Of a stretch of 64,000 nucleotides of DNA, positions 38,714 to 48,867 are shown one piece after another; the first letter of the stretch is position 1; every line of letters begins with the position of its first letter. A model generated the notes under the pieces. That model saw only the letters and a program-made list of their open reading frames with translations. It had not been told where the DNA came from and made no database searches. The position numbers and the translations under genes were made by a program. The stretch spans positions 768,001 to 832,000 of the forward strand of contig CAXXNF010000001.1 in NCBI GenBank assembly GCA_963666365.2, written 5' to 3'. This stretch comes from Syntrophales bacterium. Lineage in GTDB: Bacteria > Desulfobacterota > Syntrophia > Syntrophales > UBA2210.

Positions 38714-41700
38714 TTACTGAAGATTAATGTCTACACTGCTTGTGCCCGCGGCCACCGTCGTGGCGTTGGCGATTAAGGCCTGGCCGTCGTACCACTTCGC
38801 GGTGTTGCCCGCTTCAACGGCGAGCACCTTGTAGTTACCGGCGGAGAGACCTTTGAAGGTATAGGTGCCGCCGGTACCCGCCGTCACTTCATCCACGAAG
38901 GCGTTCGCTTCCGTAAACAGATAGACGGTGATGGCGCCGGTACCCTTCCCGGTCACGGTACCGCTGATGTCCTGACCGCAGGAAATCTCGACATCCTTCG
39001 TGACAGTAGCAGCAGACAGACTTACGTTCGTTTCAACATAGGTCTGGAGACCGCTTCCCGGAATGACGACGAAGCGGTAGTCGGTCGCCTGCGGCAGACC
39101 GGCAAAACTGTAGGCGCCGGAACTGCTCGTATCGTCGGTGGCAAAGAAATCCTTCGATGTCGAAGAGACGACCACGATCGCGCCTTCCAGCGCGGGTTTG
39201 TCGCCGCACCCGCTCGTAATGGCCCCGCTCAGGGCGCAGACCGCCGCCGGGAGGTTGAGGGTGAAGTCGACGGTGGTTCCCGCCGTGCTCGGCTGCTGGG
39301 CAATCTTGAAGGACCGCTCATAGCCCTTCTTCTGGGCCATCACGATATAGTCGCTCTTTGTAGCGTCGAGGCCGTAGAGCTCGTACTGGCCGCTGCTGTT
39401 GGTTATTTTATACAGGGGCGTGCCGCCGGCACGGGTAACGATAATGGTTGCACCGGCGAGCGGCGCGTTGCTGTTGCTGCCGTCAAGCACCGTCCCCTTG
39501 AAATGGGCCCCCTTCACGAGCGCGATGTCCTTCGTGGTATCCTGCCAGATGCTCAGATCCGAAGCGCTGTACATGCTGTATGCCGGATGTGACGCTTCCA
39601 GAGAGTAGATGCCCGTGGCGATGTCGCCAATGGAATAGGCGCCGTTCGCGTCGGAGAAGTACATGCGGCCTCCCACGAGGAGCCCCGTTTCCTGGTCGGT
39701 GAGATAGATCATCGTACTGGGAACTTTGCTGGAATCGGCGGCGTCGGTCACCGTTCCCGTGAGTTCATGACCGGTATCGATCACAAAGTTCTTTTCGGTA
39801 TCGGAACCGGCCGTGATGGTCGCTTCCTGAACCGCGAAGCTTCCCACCAGCGGCGTCATGGTGACGGTATAGGAAACGCCGTCACAGAGACCGGTAAGCG
39901 TATAGGCGCCGTCCTGTCCGGTGATGTCGATGGCCGAGCTTTCGCCGTCGGCGCTTTCCGCCGTGACCATGGCGCCTTCAACGGGATCTCCATCGGCCCG
40001 CTCATAGGTGACCTTGCCGGTCAGGGTCTTGTCGCACTCGGTGATGTCGATGTCTTTCCCGGTGAGACTATTTGTCGCCGCAACCGTCAGGAGCGTGGCG
40101 GCGCTTTCATTCTGCGTCGATCCGCCGTCGGCGTAGTAGAAGATCTTGCCAGTGCTCTTGATCACGAAGACCTCGTAGCTGCCGGGGGCCACTGTTATTG
40201 TGTAGGCGCCCGCTTCATCGGTGAGCACCGAGGTCAGGGCGAAGGTATTCACGTCAAAGGCGAATACGCCGATATCGGGAACACCGGTGCTCAAGTCGGT
40301 GACGGCGCCCGCGATGGTCGCCTGGGTGCTGGCGCTGTAGTCGAAATTAACGGCCGGAGCGTTGCCGCCCGAGATATCGACTGCATCATGATCGGTAATG
40401 GCCGCCTGACCATCATAGTACATGACGGGGAAGCCGGTGGCAACGGCCGAGACAATGTAATCGTTTGCCGGGACCAGGTTGGCAATGGTGTAGACGCCTC
40501 CTGCGCCGGCGGTTACGGTTTTCTGAATCTTTCCTGCCGCTGACACGGCCGTGATGGTGGCCGTCGCGTCGCCGGTGCCGCTGATCGTGCCCCCGATGCT
40601 GTAAAGGGTGGGAGTCCAGTCGGTGGCAGCGCCGAGGGTGAGTGCAGCCGATTCTAGACTTCCGTATACCGCTTTCGCTACGTAGGTTCCTGAAGGCAGG
40701 GGACCTATGTCGAAGGATCCGTCGGCGTTCACGGCGTAGATGCCGACAGTCGCACCGTCCTTCGTAATTTTTACCTTCAGCCCTTCCAGGCCTGTGGCGC
40801 TATTGACCGTCACCGTGCCGGTGACGCGCACATTGATCGAAGGCAGTATCGCGTTCTGCGTCGCATTGGCGCCGCTGACGGTGAATTCCGCGCTTTCAAA
40901 ATTGCCGAAGTTCGGGTTGTTGGATGCGACGGACACTTTGTAGGTGCCGTTCTGTTTGTTGTTGAAGCTGTAGGCGCCGCTTGCAACGGTCGTCTGCCCG
41001 TCGAGGACGAAGGCGCCCGTGGCGGTCTTCTTTCTCAGCGTCACGGTGGCGCCGTCGGCGGCAGTGCCTCCCTCATAGGTGGCCGTACCGCTGATTTTGT
41101 AGCCCAGGGCGGTAACGCTGATTTTCCCGTTGACCAGCGTCGCCGGAAAGGTCGGTGTGGGGTAATAACCGTCGACGGGGTCCGTGGCGGGCATGCCGAC
41201 CAGAACCGGCAGGAAGGTCGGTTCGGTGTAGCCGGCGGCGGCATTTTCGATGATGCTTCGCGCGATTCCGATGGGGTAATCGCCGGACCCTGCCTTGATG
41301 TTGAAGGTGGCGTTGAAGAGCGCGCCGTTGGTAAGCGCCGTTGCCGACGCGGCGGCGATAAGGATCTGGCCGCCGGTGTCATTGTGCTGGTAGAAGAGTG
41401 TCTGGGCCACGGCAGGCTTCTGTTCTTCCGTGACCACATACTGGCCTTCCACCAGGTAGGTGCTGCCGTCGTCGATGATGGGCGATGCCTTTGACAGCCC
41501 CTTAAAGGTGAATATGGCGGGGTTGTAGTTCAGGGTGAAGGCCACTCCTCCCACGCCGCTCGGGTCATTGAGGGTTATGGGAAGGTTGACATCCGCCCCT
41601 ACGGCACCGCTCGCATTTCCCACAGTTACTGTTTTGGCGGCTGCGATGGACGCGCCGAAACAGACAAACATCCCTATCATCAGGATGATCAGGAATAGAG

Positions 41701-41722
41701 ATGGTATGCGTGTGTATTTCAT
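38714..41722 (-). CDS. Scaffoldin-like secreted protein: N-terminal cohesin-like domain plus about eight carboxypeptidase-regulatory/prealbumin-like repeats
   Basis: VTVGNASGAVGADVNLPITLNDPSGVGGVAFTLNYNPAIF...ILIAAAS...GALFNATFNIK...NGKISV; repeats of ISGTVT..GAxV...TDxxGxYxI..L..GxYxV. Confidence 0.75.
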   Translation of the reverse strand: MKYTRIPSLFLIILMIGMFVCFGASIAAAKTVTVGNASGAVGADVNLPITLNDPSGVGGVAFTLNYNPAIFTFKGLSKASPIIDDGSTYLVEGQYVVTEEQKPAVAQTLFYQHNDTGGQILIAAASATALTNGALFNATFNIKAGSGDYPIGIARSIIENAAAGYTEPTFLPVLVGMPATDPVDGYYPTPTFPATLVNGKISVTALGYKISGTATYEGGTAADGATVTLRKKTATGAFVLDGQTTVASGAYSFNNKQNGTYKVSVASNNPNFGNFESAEFTVSGANATQNAILPSINVRVTGTVTVNSATGLEGLKVKITKDGATVGIYAVNADGSFDIGPLPSGTYVAKAVYGSLESAALTLGAATDWTPTLYSIGGTISGTGDATATITAVSAAGKIQKTVTAGAGGVYTIANLVPANDYIVSAVATGFPVMYYDGQAAITDHDAVDISGGNAPAVNFDYSASTQATIAGAVTDLSTGVPDIGVFAFDVNTFALTSVLTDEAGAYTITVAPGSYEVFVIKSTGKIFYYADGGSTQNESAATLLTVAATNSLTGKDIDITECDKTLTGKVTYERADGDPVEGAMVTAESADGESSAIDITGQDGAYTLTGLCDGVSYTVTMTPLVGSFAVQEATITAGSDTEKNFVIDTGHELTGTVTDAADSSKVPSTMIYLTDQETGLLVGGRMYFSDANGAYSIGDIATGIYSLEASHPAYSMYSASDLSIWQDTTKDIALVKGAHFKGTVLDGSNSNAPLAGATIIVTRAGGTPLYKITNSSGQYELYGLDATKSDYIVMAQKKGYERSFKIAQQPSTAGTTVDFTLNLPAAVCALSGAITSGCGDKPALEGAIVVVSSTSKDFFATDDTSSSGAYSFAGLPQATDYRFVVIPGSGLQTYVETNVSLSAATVTKDVEISCGQDISGTVTGKGTGAITVYLFTEANAFVDEVTAGTGGTYTFKGLSAGNYKVLAVEAGNTAKWYDGQALIANATTVAAGTSSVDINLQ

Positions 41723-41801
41723 TTTTCAATCTCCTTTGCAAACGGCGTCCCCGCCGTTATTTTTTCGAGGGATATGCAGGAACTTTCAATCAGCGGCCCT
41801 G

Positions 41802-42620
41802 TCACTGACCGGTCAGTTCCCGCGATTCCGCTATGCGTTTCATGGCCTCTATTTTGTTGTGATTGGCCTCTTTCATTTCATAAAATTTGCGCGCTTCGTC
41901 GGCGTAGATCAGTGCCAGGGTTTCCTGCCTGCCGGGGTCCTGTGTTTGCTCCACCTGCCTCTGCATGTGCCGGAGTTTCTGATATGTTTCAAACTCTTTT
42001 CGCTCAAGCTGCTTTTGAAGGGCAAACCAAGGTTTGTTGACGGAATCGGTCACGCCGATTTCGGGGTTGGGCACCGTCATGGAGGGGACCAGCACTCCGT
42101 CTTTTCCTGCAATTCCGCCGTAGGTGATCATGTCCTGCCCTGAGGAGACGATCACCGTCTTTGTCACGGTGCGGTGATCCCGGACCACCGGGGCGCCTTT
42201 TTCCCTGCCGCTCAATTTCCGGAGCGTGCCGCCGGGCCGTCCCGCCGGATATATCTTGATCGACGTCATCCGCCACGAAGCGTCATCGGTTTTCTGATAG
42301 ATTCCCGCATAATTGTATCCCCTGAGGATCATCTTCAGTGCGTCCTCCAGGGACCTGTTCGCTATATTGACAGTGACACTGTCAGGTTGCACGTCTTCCG
42401 AGACAAAAACCTCGATCGAAGCGCGGTCCGAGATCTCCTCGAGAAGATCCGTCAGGGGTACGCGATCGGCGGTGACGCTCAACCGATTTTCATTGAAGTG
42501 CACCATGTGCTTTTTCGTGTCGACGGCGGCCTGGAGAGGCATTGCCGAAAAACAGAAAAAGAGTGCCGCGAATGCGCCTATGAAATATTTAATGACACCT
42601 GGCTTCATAAATCCAAACAT
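41802..42620 (-). CDS. Secreted protein with STN/secretin-N0-like domain and C-terminal coiled coil
   Basis: Signal peptide; LSVTADRVPLTDLLEEISDRASIEVFVSEDV...VTVNIANRSLEDALKMIL. Confidence 0.65.
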   Translation of the reverse strand: MFGFMKPGVIKYFIGAFAALFFCFSAMPLQAAVDTKKHMVHFNENRLSVTADRVPLTDLLEEISDRASIEVFVSEDVQPDSVTVNIANRSLEDALKMILRGYNYAGIYQKTDDASWRMTSIKIYPAGRPGGTLRKLSGREKGAPVVRDHRTVTKTVIVSSGQDMITYGGIAGKDGVLVPSMTVPNPEIGVTDSVNKPWFALQKQLERKEFETYQKLRHMQRQVEQTQDPGRQETLALIYADEARKFYEMKEANHNKIEAMKRIAESRELTGQ

Positions 42621-42712
42621 TTAGCTACTATGAGATCCCTGTATAATGAAAACTATGGCGGACATCCTTCTGGTGAGGATACCGTCACCATATCGTTCCT
42701 GCCCGTGAATCA

Positions 42713-43114
42713 TCAGGCGGTTCTGGGAGGAGGGCTCTGTGGCGTCAGTGCAGTGGAATGGTAGGTAAAAGAAAGATCGGGTACCTGCGTGCTGCATCCC
42801 TCCGGAAGGGAGATGCCTGCACATGCGACAAGATAGGGCGTTGCGAAGGTCAATTGGCCTGCCGATCCCGCAGGATCATCGCCGGCCTTGATCACCGTGC
42901 GCAGTCCCGCAACAATAGTGAGCGATGACAGGGCATTTTCGACACCGTTTCGGAAGCATGCCTGTTCGTCGGCGGTGACGGCGAGTTCCTTCACGCCCAT
43001 GATGGCATCTTCGAGGCCCACCGTTCCATCGCGGTTGACGTCACCGGGGCCGAAGAGCGGCATGCCCGACGCGGCAAGCAATAGAATAAGCAGTATGTGT
43101 ACGGTACGCCTCAT
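42713..43114 (-). CDS. Small exported protein with dockerin-like loop and Pro-rich C-terminus; first ORF of the operon
   Basis: MRR plus hydrophobic stretch, GDVNRDGTVGLEDAIMGV...GVENALSSLTIVAGL, ends TPQSPPPRTA. Confidence 0.65.
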   Translation of the reverse strand: MRRTVHILLILLLAASGMPLFGPGDVNRDGTVGLEDAIMGVKELAVTADEQACFRNGVENALSSLTIVAGLRTVIKAGDDPAGSAGQLTFATPYLVACAGISLPEGCSTQVPDLSFTYHSTALTPQSPPPRTA

Positions 43115-43281
43115 AGGCTGCCTGCATCCTTACTGAAACAGATACTTGAAAATGAATAAATATGAGGTTCCAATACTAAGCCCCTTGCCGATGAAAGTCA
43201 AGGATATTTTATTGATTTTTCACCCTTCGCGCAGTGATATTTTTATTGTTTTGTTACCCCCCCTGTCTTCACCTCCTTCTT

Positions 43282-43419
43282 CACCCCCACCCTGACCCTC
43301 CCCCATCAAGGGGGAGGGTCAGGGTGTTCTCCCCAACAAGGGGGAAGGAAAAATAGGGGCGGAAGGGCATCCCCCATCACTTCCCCTCCCCTGGTGGGAG
43401 GGGATTGAGGGGAGGGGGT
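43282..43419. repeat. CACCCCCACCCTGACCCTCCCCCATCAAGGGGGAGGG family element with inverted partner
   Basis: Copies at 32299, 43282, 48754, 60081; partner cttcccctcccctggtgggaggggattgaggggagggg at about 32231, 43380, 48822. Confidence 0.8.
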
Positions 43420-43422
43420 TAT

Positions 43423-46400
43423 TTAAAAGTTTGCACTCCAGTTGGGCTGATATTTGTAATTAAAAGAACTTCTCCACGGTCCAGACCCCTCACCGCTGGT
43501 GTCATAGCCTATTTCCGTAAACTGAATCGCCGCGTAGGTGCCGTCGAACAGTCTGAAGGCGTAGACGTGGGCCGGGTCAAGAATGACATCCAGCGTCGGC
43601 CCATACCCGTCGATCGGTACGCGGTTCACATCCGAAAGAGAAAGCACACCCAGATCCTGCGCCTCTACGCCGGGCGCCAGGAAGATGATGTTGGTTTCGA
43701 CAATAAAATCAGTATCCTGCCAGTCGTACATATCATCGATGATTTGCACCCTCTTTGTTGTTGCCTCCGAAAAGTCGAAGCCGTCGTTATCATTCCATGC
43801 CCGGGAGGTGAGCTCTGCCGTCCCCGATTCAGAGGTGACCGGCAGGGGTGTGACGAGACCCGCGTTGGTCTGCAGCACATACATTGCCTCGATCAACCCG
43901 ATTCTTCCGTCATTGTTGACATCTCTCACCGCTTCGAGTCCCGTCGGATTCTGCCCCGTCAAGGCCTGCAGCACCAGGATTGCCTGGCCGAGATTCGGCA
44001 CGGGACCGGGCTGCGCGTAGGTAAAGTTCGTCTGCAGGAGCGAGAAGTTATCCTCTTCATCTCTGGTGGTGATGCTGTAGACGTAGGAGCCGTCTTCAAG
44101 TGTCCCTTCGTAGGCGACGCTCGAACCCTGGATGTCGTATTCATCCCAGATGAGGATCCACTGGGATTCAGTAACCTGATAGAGTTCAACGCCGTATTTG
44201 CCGTAGCCAGGCGCCGGCGTCCATGAGAACTCCAGCGTGCCCGAAACGATGTCACCCTCGCCGGGAGACTGGTCCATGGGGAACACTTCCACAAAGTTGT
44301 TCACCGTTCGTACCTCCTGTATTTGTTCCGAACCGCTGCCACTGTTGAAGGTAACAGTAAAGGTATAGGTCAGAGGCGTAACGGGTTTGACACCCCATGT
44401 GGGTCTCAGGTTATCCTGCTGGGGATTCGCGCTCCAGGAATGCCACCGGTTGTTGGTTACGTCATGATGAAGAGCGATGGAATCAGCGATGCCGTCTCCC
44501 TGAACCGTTACGGAAGATATTGCTACGTCTTCCCGGTCTTCCACCTGGAGAGACACCCAGTATGAGGGGGCGGAATCCAAAATCTCGTAACCCGAATAGG
44601 CCATAACCTCGAAAAACTGTTGGTCTCCATAAATTTTCCAGGAACCGTCCTCATCGATGAAGGAAAGTATTTCGCGTTCCTCGTCGCTCCAAAGAAGGGT
44701 GAGCGTTCCCCTGTTTGTATCCCCTGAATAGTCTACGGTGGTGTTCAGGACTGTGTAAGTCAGGGGCTGGAAATCGGGATCCCCGAATTCATCTGCAACT
44801 TCCTCCCTGAAGGCGGCTTTGGTCTCGCCTTCGTCGAGATAGCTTTCGGACACATAAGCCATGAATCCGTCAAGATTCCTGGCGTTATATAATGCCATGG
44901 CCGTACCGAAGGCATTCCTGAGTTCCACAACGGCTGAGGCATTGGTGCCGTCAACGATACCTTCGCTTACGGCGCCGCCGTGCATCATGAAGACGCTTGA
45001 ATCGAAGACAAACCCTTCATTTTGGGCGCTTACGAACACCCTGTCATTGTCAGCGACATTGAGGATTAAGTATCTGCCTTCTCCATAGGTTGCCGTGCCC
45101 GTTGGTTCAATATTACCTGAATCGTTTATATACACTACGGTATAATCCGTACGTCCCAGCGTGCTTTGATAGGTGACCTCTGCGCCGCCTATACCGCTGT
45201 TGTTATCCGTCATAATAATCCTTCCCGCGATCACGCCATTGCCCCCCGTGACGCCCCAGGATGTTAACTGGGCATCAGTGTAGAGGACGAAGGGGATGGG
45301 CGAAGTGATAGTGCCGGCGCTTCGCAGAACGCGCGAAAAGGTGGTTACGAATCCGTCTTTGTATATCCTCAGCATGAATGGAGCATCGATGGGCAGGCCG
45401 TTGAGGGCGAAAGTTCCGTCGCCCGCCGTCGTCATGGTTGAAATGAGGGGATTGCCCGCCATTTCGACGATGGCGTTTCCAATGCCGGCGCCGCTGCTGT
45501 CCGTAACCGCGCCGATAAAGGAAATCGTTGCGGGCGCAACTCCTTCCTGATAGGTAAATGCCACCGGGTTGGAATAGGCCTCGTTGCCGGAGGATGTGTC
45601 AACGGCCACCACCTGAACGGTGTAGTCTCCTGACGGTGCTCCCTGCTGGCTCATTGCAGTGAAAAGATCGACAGGGCCCTGAGGAATCAGCGGATCTGCC
45701 TCGCCGTTATACACCTCTGTTTGACCGCTTCTGATAATGAGATAATAGCCCACTGCGCCCGTTACGGCGTTCCAGGACAGTATGCCAGTGTCCTGATTGA
45801 CACTAATACTGGAGGGAAGCGCAAGCGGTGTCCCCGACTGAAAATCGAAGGTCAACGCCTCGGTGCTCTGATCATTGTATGTTGCCGTAAACGTGTACGT
45901 TCCCGCGTAGTTTTCCGGGAATTCCGCCGTGATGAATGAGGTATCCGAGGGATAGACGGCCCAGAATTCCTCGTATTCCCCGTTAAGCGGAAAATCGACG
46001 ATGCCCGAATTTGCAGGACCGGTGACGGTAACTGATGTAATATTCGTTACTTCGCCTTCCAAAATCATTTCAATCTGATAGCCGTTGGCAGAGCGCATAT
46101 ACAGGACGTCTGTCGTCACTGCCGGCGCCGTGGCCTGATAAGTAAAGTTCGTCTGCAGTATTGAGTAGTTCCCTGCTCCGTCACGGGTGACGATGTTGTA
46201 CACATAGGCGCCGTCGGTAAGGGCCGGTCCGTCGTACGGTACCGTTGAACCCTGCAGATCATAATTGTTCCAGATCTGGTTCCATGAGCTGTCGAAAAGC
46301 TCAATGCCGTAACCGAATCCGGGTACCGGCGTCCAGGAAAATAGGAGATCGCCCGATACCTTAGCACCCTGTGCGGGTGAAGGATTCGCAGGAAAGATTT

Positions 46401-48402
46401 CCACGAAATTGGTGACAGTGACCGTCTCTATGGCCTGCTGATCGGTTCCGTAATTGATCGTAAAGGTGTAGGTCAGGGGAAGCGCCGGTCTGGTGGCGCC
46501 GAAGGTGGGGTTGTTATTGGTCTGATCGGGAGACTCGCTCCAGGAATGCCACTCCTGCTGCTCCGCATCGTGATACAGCGCCACCGACCCATCGATGCCG
46601 TCACCCGTAACCGTGACGGAAGTAATCAGAGTGCCCGGGTCTTCCACTTCCAGAGAGACCCAGTAGACATCGGGGTTGGCCGATTGGGCCTGGTAGCCGG
46701 ATCGCGCCATGACTTCGAAGAGTTTCTGGTTTCCGTAAATCTTCCATGACCCTCCTTCTTTTAAGAAATAAAGAAGCTCGGATTCCATGTCGCTGCGCCA
46801 GAAAACCATCATTGTGGCCGAGACGCCGTCGATCGCAGTATTCAGCACCGTATAGGTCTCTCCCTGAAAATCGGGATCACTGAATTCCTCAACCAGTTCC
46901 GCCTCGAAAGCGGCCTTGGTGATGCCTTCGTCGAGATAGCCCTCGGACACATAGGCCATGAATCCGGCAAGATTCTTGGCGTTAAATAATGCCATAGCCG
47001 TATCGAAGGCAGCTCTCAGGGCCAGTACATCACTGTCAGTGGTCCCGAATACCGAGCCTTCGCTTACCACACCTCCGTGAGTCAGGAAGACACGGGCATC
47101 GAGGGCATATCCGACCTTCTCGGCGGCAACGAATACCATGTCGCCCTCATTTACATTCGGAATAAAGTAGCGTCCATCATCAGCTGTCGCAGAGGTTTCG
47201 CTTCCGGGGTAGGTGACAGTGTAGTTCTGGCCTGTCGTGCTTATGAATGAAACCACTGCGCCTTCGATGCCGTTTCCGGAGGTCTTGTCCAGAACTTTTC
47301 CTGTGATTACTCCTTTGCCCGTTTCAATGCCCCATATCGCTACTTCTTCCAGAGTGAAAAGCTTAAAGGGGCTGCCTGTGCCGTCGACGTCAGTCCCGCT
47401 GCGATATATGGCCGAGAACACGTCGGCGTACCCCATTTTAGCGATCTGGAGTGTGAAGGCGGAATCAACCGGAAGACCGCCAAGGGTAAAGGCCCCTCCG
47501 GTGCCTGTTGTCGTGAAAAGGGAGGGATTGCCTGCCAAGAATACCACGGCACCTTCAATGCCTGTACCGCTGCTGTCCGTAACCACGCCTGTGAAGGAAA
47601 TCGCTTGCGCCGCGCCTCCGCTCCCCTGGTTCAGATACACAAAGGGGTAGCATGCCGGAAGGCTCGGAAAAACAGCTCCTGTGGGGATGGTATACAGGCC
47701 TGCCTGGGTGAGGACCCCGCCATTGCACTTATAGGAGAAGAGAACTGTTCCGCTTCCTCCCGGGTTGTTTTCTATGCGCAGTTCAAGGGTTGTTGACTCC
47801 GGCACCAGGCTTTCAAGAACAACGGGCGTGTCTGCCATCCATACAGCCGTATCCGTTCCCCTGTCGTAAATCATAGGAAGAATTTCCAGCTGTCCCTGGT
47901 TATTCCAGCTGCCCTGCATGAAGGGTTGGGGACCGGGGGCCATTGGCGCCGTTGCGCCGGCATAAAAACGATAAATCCTATCCCCTTCGGTGATTCCTGA
48001 AAAATTTTTCAAAAGCACGTCCCAGGTCCAGGAAGTCGACGGTGCCGGTGGTGTGCCCTCTGAACCACCGGAAAGGATGGCGCCGCCCTCTGTTTGGGTC
48101 TGAATGGTAGCCAAACCGGCGGTCGTATCCAGCGTTACCGTGGCGGCCCCCAAATCGGGCGGGCTCATGAAAATAAAGCCTGCATCAAGGGGGTCTTTTT
48201 GAATTATTGCACTTTCGGGCAGAATAATGCCGCCCATTACAGGGTCTAAAGTGCCCGCGGAAAAATCATAGCTGATTTCACGGCTCGGGTCTTGATAGGA
48301 GAAGTGATCTACATCCACAGAAAAAGCCTCTGCCGAAACAGTGAAAACAAAAAGGAGTGCAAAAAGGATAATGATCCTAAGGTTAAAGTGTAGGTTTTTC
48401 AT
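43423..48402 (-). CDS. 1659-aa secreted modular protein (carboxypeptidase-regulatory-like, NTF2-like, FN3/Ig-like modules) with subterminal dockerin-like motif
   Basis: Signal peptide, RBS aaggagg; duplicated multi-domain cassette; PNLGQAILVLQALTG...DVNNDGRIGLIEAMYVLQTNAGL. Confidence 0.85.
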   Translation of the reverse strand: MKNLHFNLRIIILFALLFVFTVSAEAFSVDVDHFSYQDPSREISYDFSAGTLDPVMGGIILPESAIIQKDPLDAGFIFMSPPDLGAATVTLDTTAGLATIQTQTEGGAILSGGSEGTPPAPSTSWTWDVLLKNFSGITEGDRIYRFYAGATAPMAPGPQPFMQGSWNNQGQLEILPMIYDRGTDTAVWMADTPVVLESLVPESTTLELRIENNPGGSGTVLFSYKCNGGVLTQAGLYTIPTGAVFPSLPACYPFVYLNQGSGGAAQAISFTGVVTDSSGTGIEGAVVFLAGNPSLFTTTGTGGAFTLGGLPVDSAFTLQIAKMGYADVFSAIYRSGTDVDGTGSPFKLFTLEEVAIWGIETGKGVITGKVLDKTSGNGIEGAVVSFISTTGQNYTVTYPGSETSATADDGRYFIPNVNEGDMVFVAAEKVGYALDARVFLTHGGVVSEGSVFGTTDSDVLALRAAFDTAMALFNAKNLAGFMAYVSEGYLDEGITKAAFEAELVEEFSDPDFQGETYTVLNTAIDGVSATMMVFWRSDMESELLYFLKEGGSWKIYGNQKLFEVMARSGYQAQSANPDVYWVSLEVEDPGTLITSVTVTGDGIDGSVALYHDAEQQEWHSWSESPDQTNNNPTFGATRPALPLTYTFTINYGTDQQAIETVTVTNFVEIFPANPSPAQGAKVSGDLLFSWTPVPGFGYGIELFDSSWNQIWNNYDLQGSTVPYDGPALTDGAYVYNIVTRDGAGNYSILQTNFTYQATAPAVTTDVLYMRSANGYQIEMILEGEVTNITSVTVTGPANSGIVDFPLNGEYEEFWAVYPSDTSFITAEFPENYAGTYTFTATYNDQSTEALTFDFQSGTPLALPSSISVNQDTGILSWNAVTGAVGYYLIIRSGQTEVYNGEADPLIPQGPVDLFTAMSQQGAPSGDYTVQVVAVDTSSGNEAYSNPVAFTYQEGVAPATISFIGAVTDSSGAGIGNAIVEMAGNPLISTMTTAGDGTFALNGLPIDAPFMLRIYKDGFVTTFSRVLRSAGTITSPIPFVLYTDAQLTSWGVTGGNGVIAGRIIMTDNNSGIGGAEVTYQSTLGRTDYTVVYINDSGNIEPTGTATYGEGRYLILNVADNDRVFVSAQNEGFVFDSSVFMMHGGAVSEGIVDGTNASAVVELRNAFGTAMALYNARNLDGFMAYVSESYLDEGETKAAFREEVADEFGDPDFQPLTYTVLNTTVDYSGDTNRGTLTLLWSDEEREILSFIDEDGSWKIYGDQQFFEVMAYSGYEILDSAPSYWVSLQVEDREDVAISSVTVQGDGIADSIALHHDVTNNRWHSWSANPQQDNLRPTWGVKPVTPLTYTFTVTFNSGSGSEQIQEVRTVNNFVEVFPMDQSPGEGDIVSGTLEFSWTPAPGYGKYGVELYQVTESQWILIWDEYDIQGSSVAYEGTLEDGSYVYSITTRDEEDNFSLLQTNFTYAQPGPVPNLGQAILVLQALTGQNPTGLEAVRDVNNDGRIGLIEAMYVLQTNAGLVTPLPVTSESGTAELTSRAWNDNDGFDFSEATTKRVQIIDDMYDWQDTDFIVETNIIFLAPGVEAQDLGVLSLSDVNRVPIDGYGPTLDVILDPAHVYAFRLFDGTYAAIQFTEIGYDTSGEGSGPWRSSFNYKYQPNWSANF

Positions 48403-48441
48403 GGCCTGCCCCTCCTTATTGTATTATTTGCAGTAAAGTTA

Positions 48442-48526
48442 TTTTTAGCAGAAAATAAATGTTTCTTCAAGAAAAGCACAAGAATTTTGTGATTCTTTTC
48501 ACATCATTAACATGATATTTGTCACA
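48442..48526 (-). promoter_or_regulatory. Tandem CRP-like boxes and putative promoter of the 1659-aa gene
   Basis: Perfect TGTGA-ttcttt-TCACA 48488-48503; CATGA-N6-TCACA 48511-48526; minus strand TTGAAG-N17-TAAAAA with extended TG. Confidence 0.7.
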
Positions 48527-48867
48527 TAAAGCGGGCGAAACGGGGAAATATGTGTAATGGTGGTGCGTGTAATATGACGTGAATGCATCACGCTCTCTTC
48601 TGTTTAATTGATTCGTTTTCTCGCGCAGAGACGCCAAGGCGCAGAGAAAGACATTTTATTTTTCCTTTTGTCCTCAGCGTCCCTGCGCCTCTGCGCGAAA
48701 ATCTGTTTTTTCCTGCCTAGATTCTGTCCAAGAAATGATGAGCTACTTGTTATCACCCCCACCCTAACCCTCCCCCATCGAAGGGGGAAGGAATTGAGCG
48801 CGGTTGGTGTTCCCCCCCTTACTTCCCCTCCCCTGGCGGGAGGGGATTGAGGGGAGGGGGATTTTAT

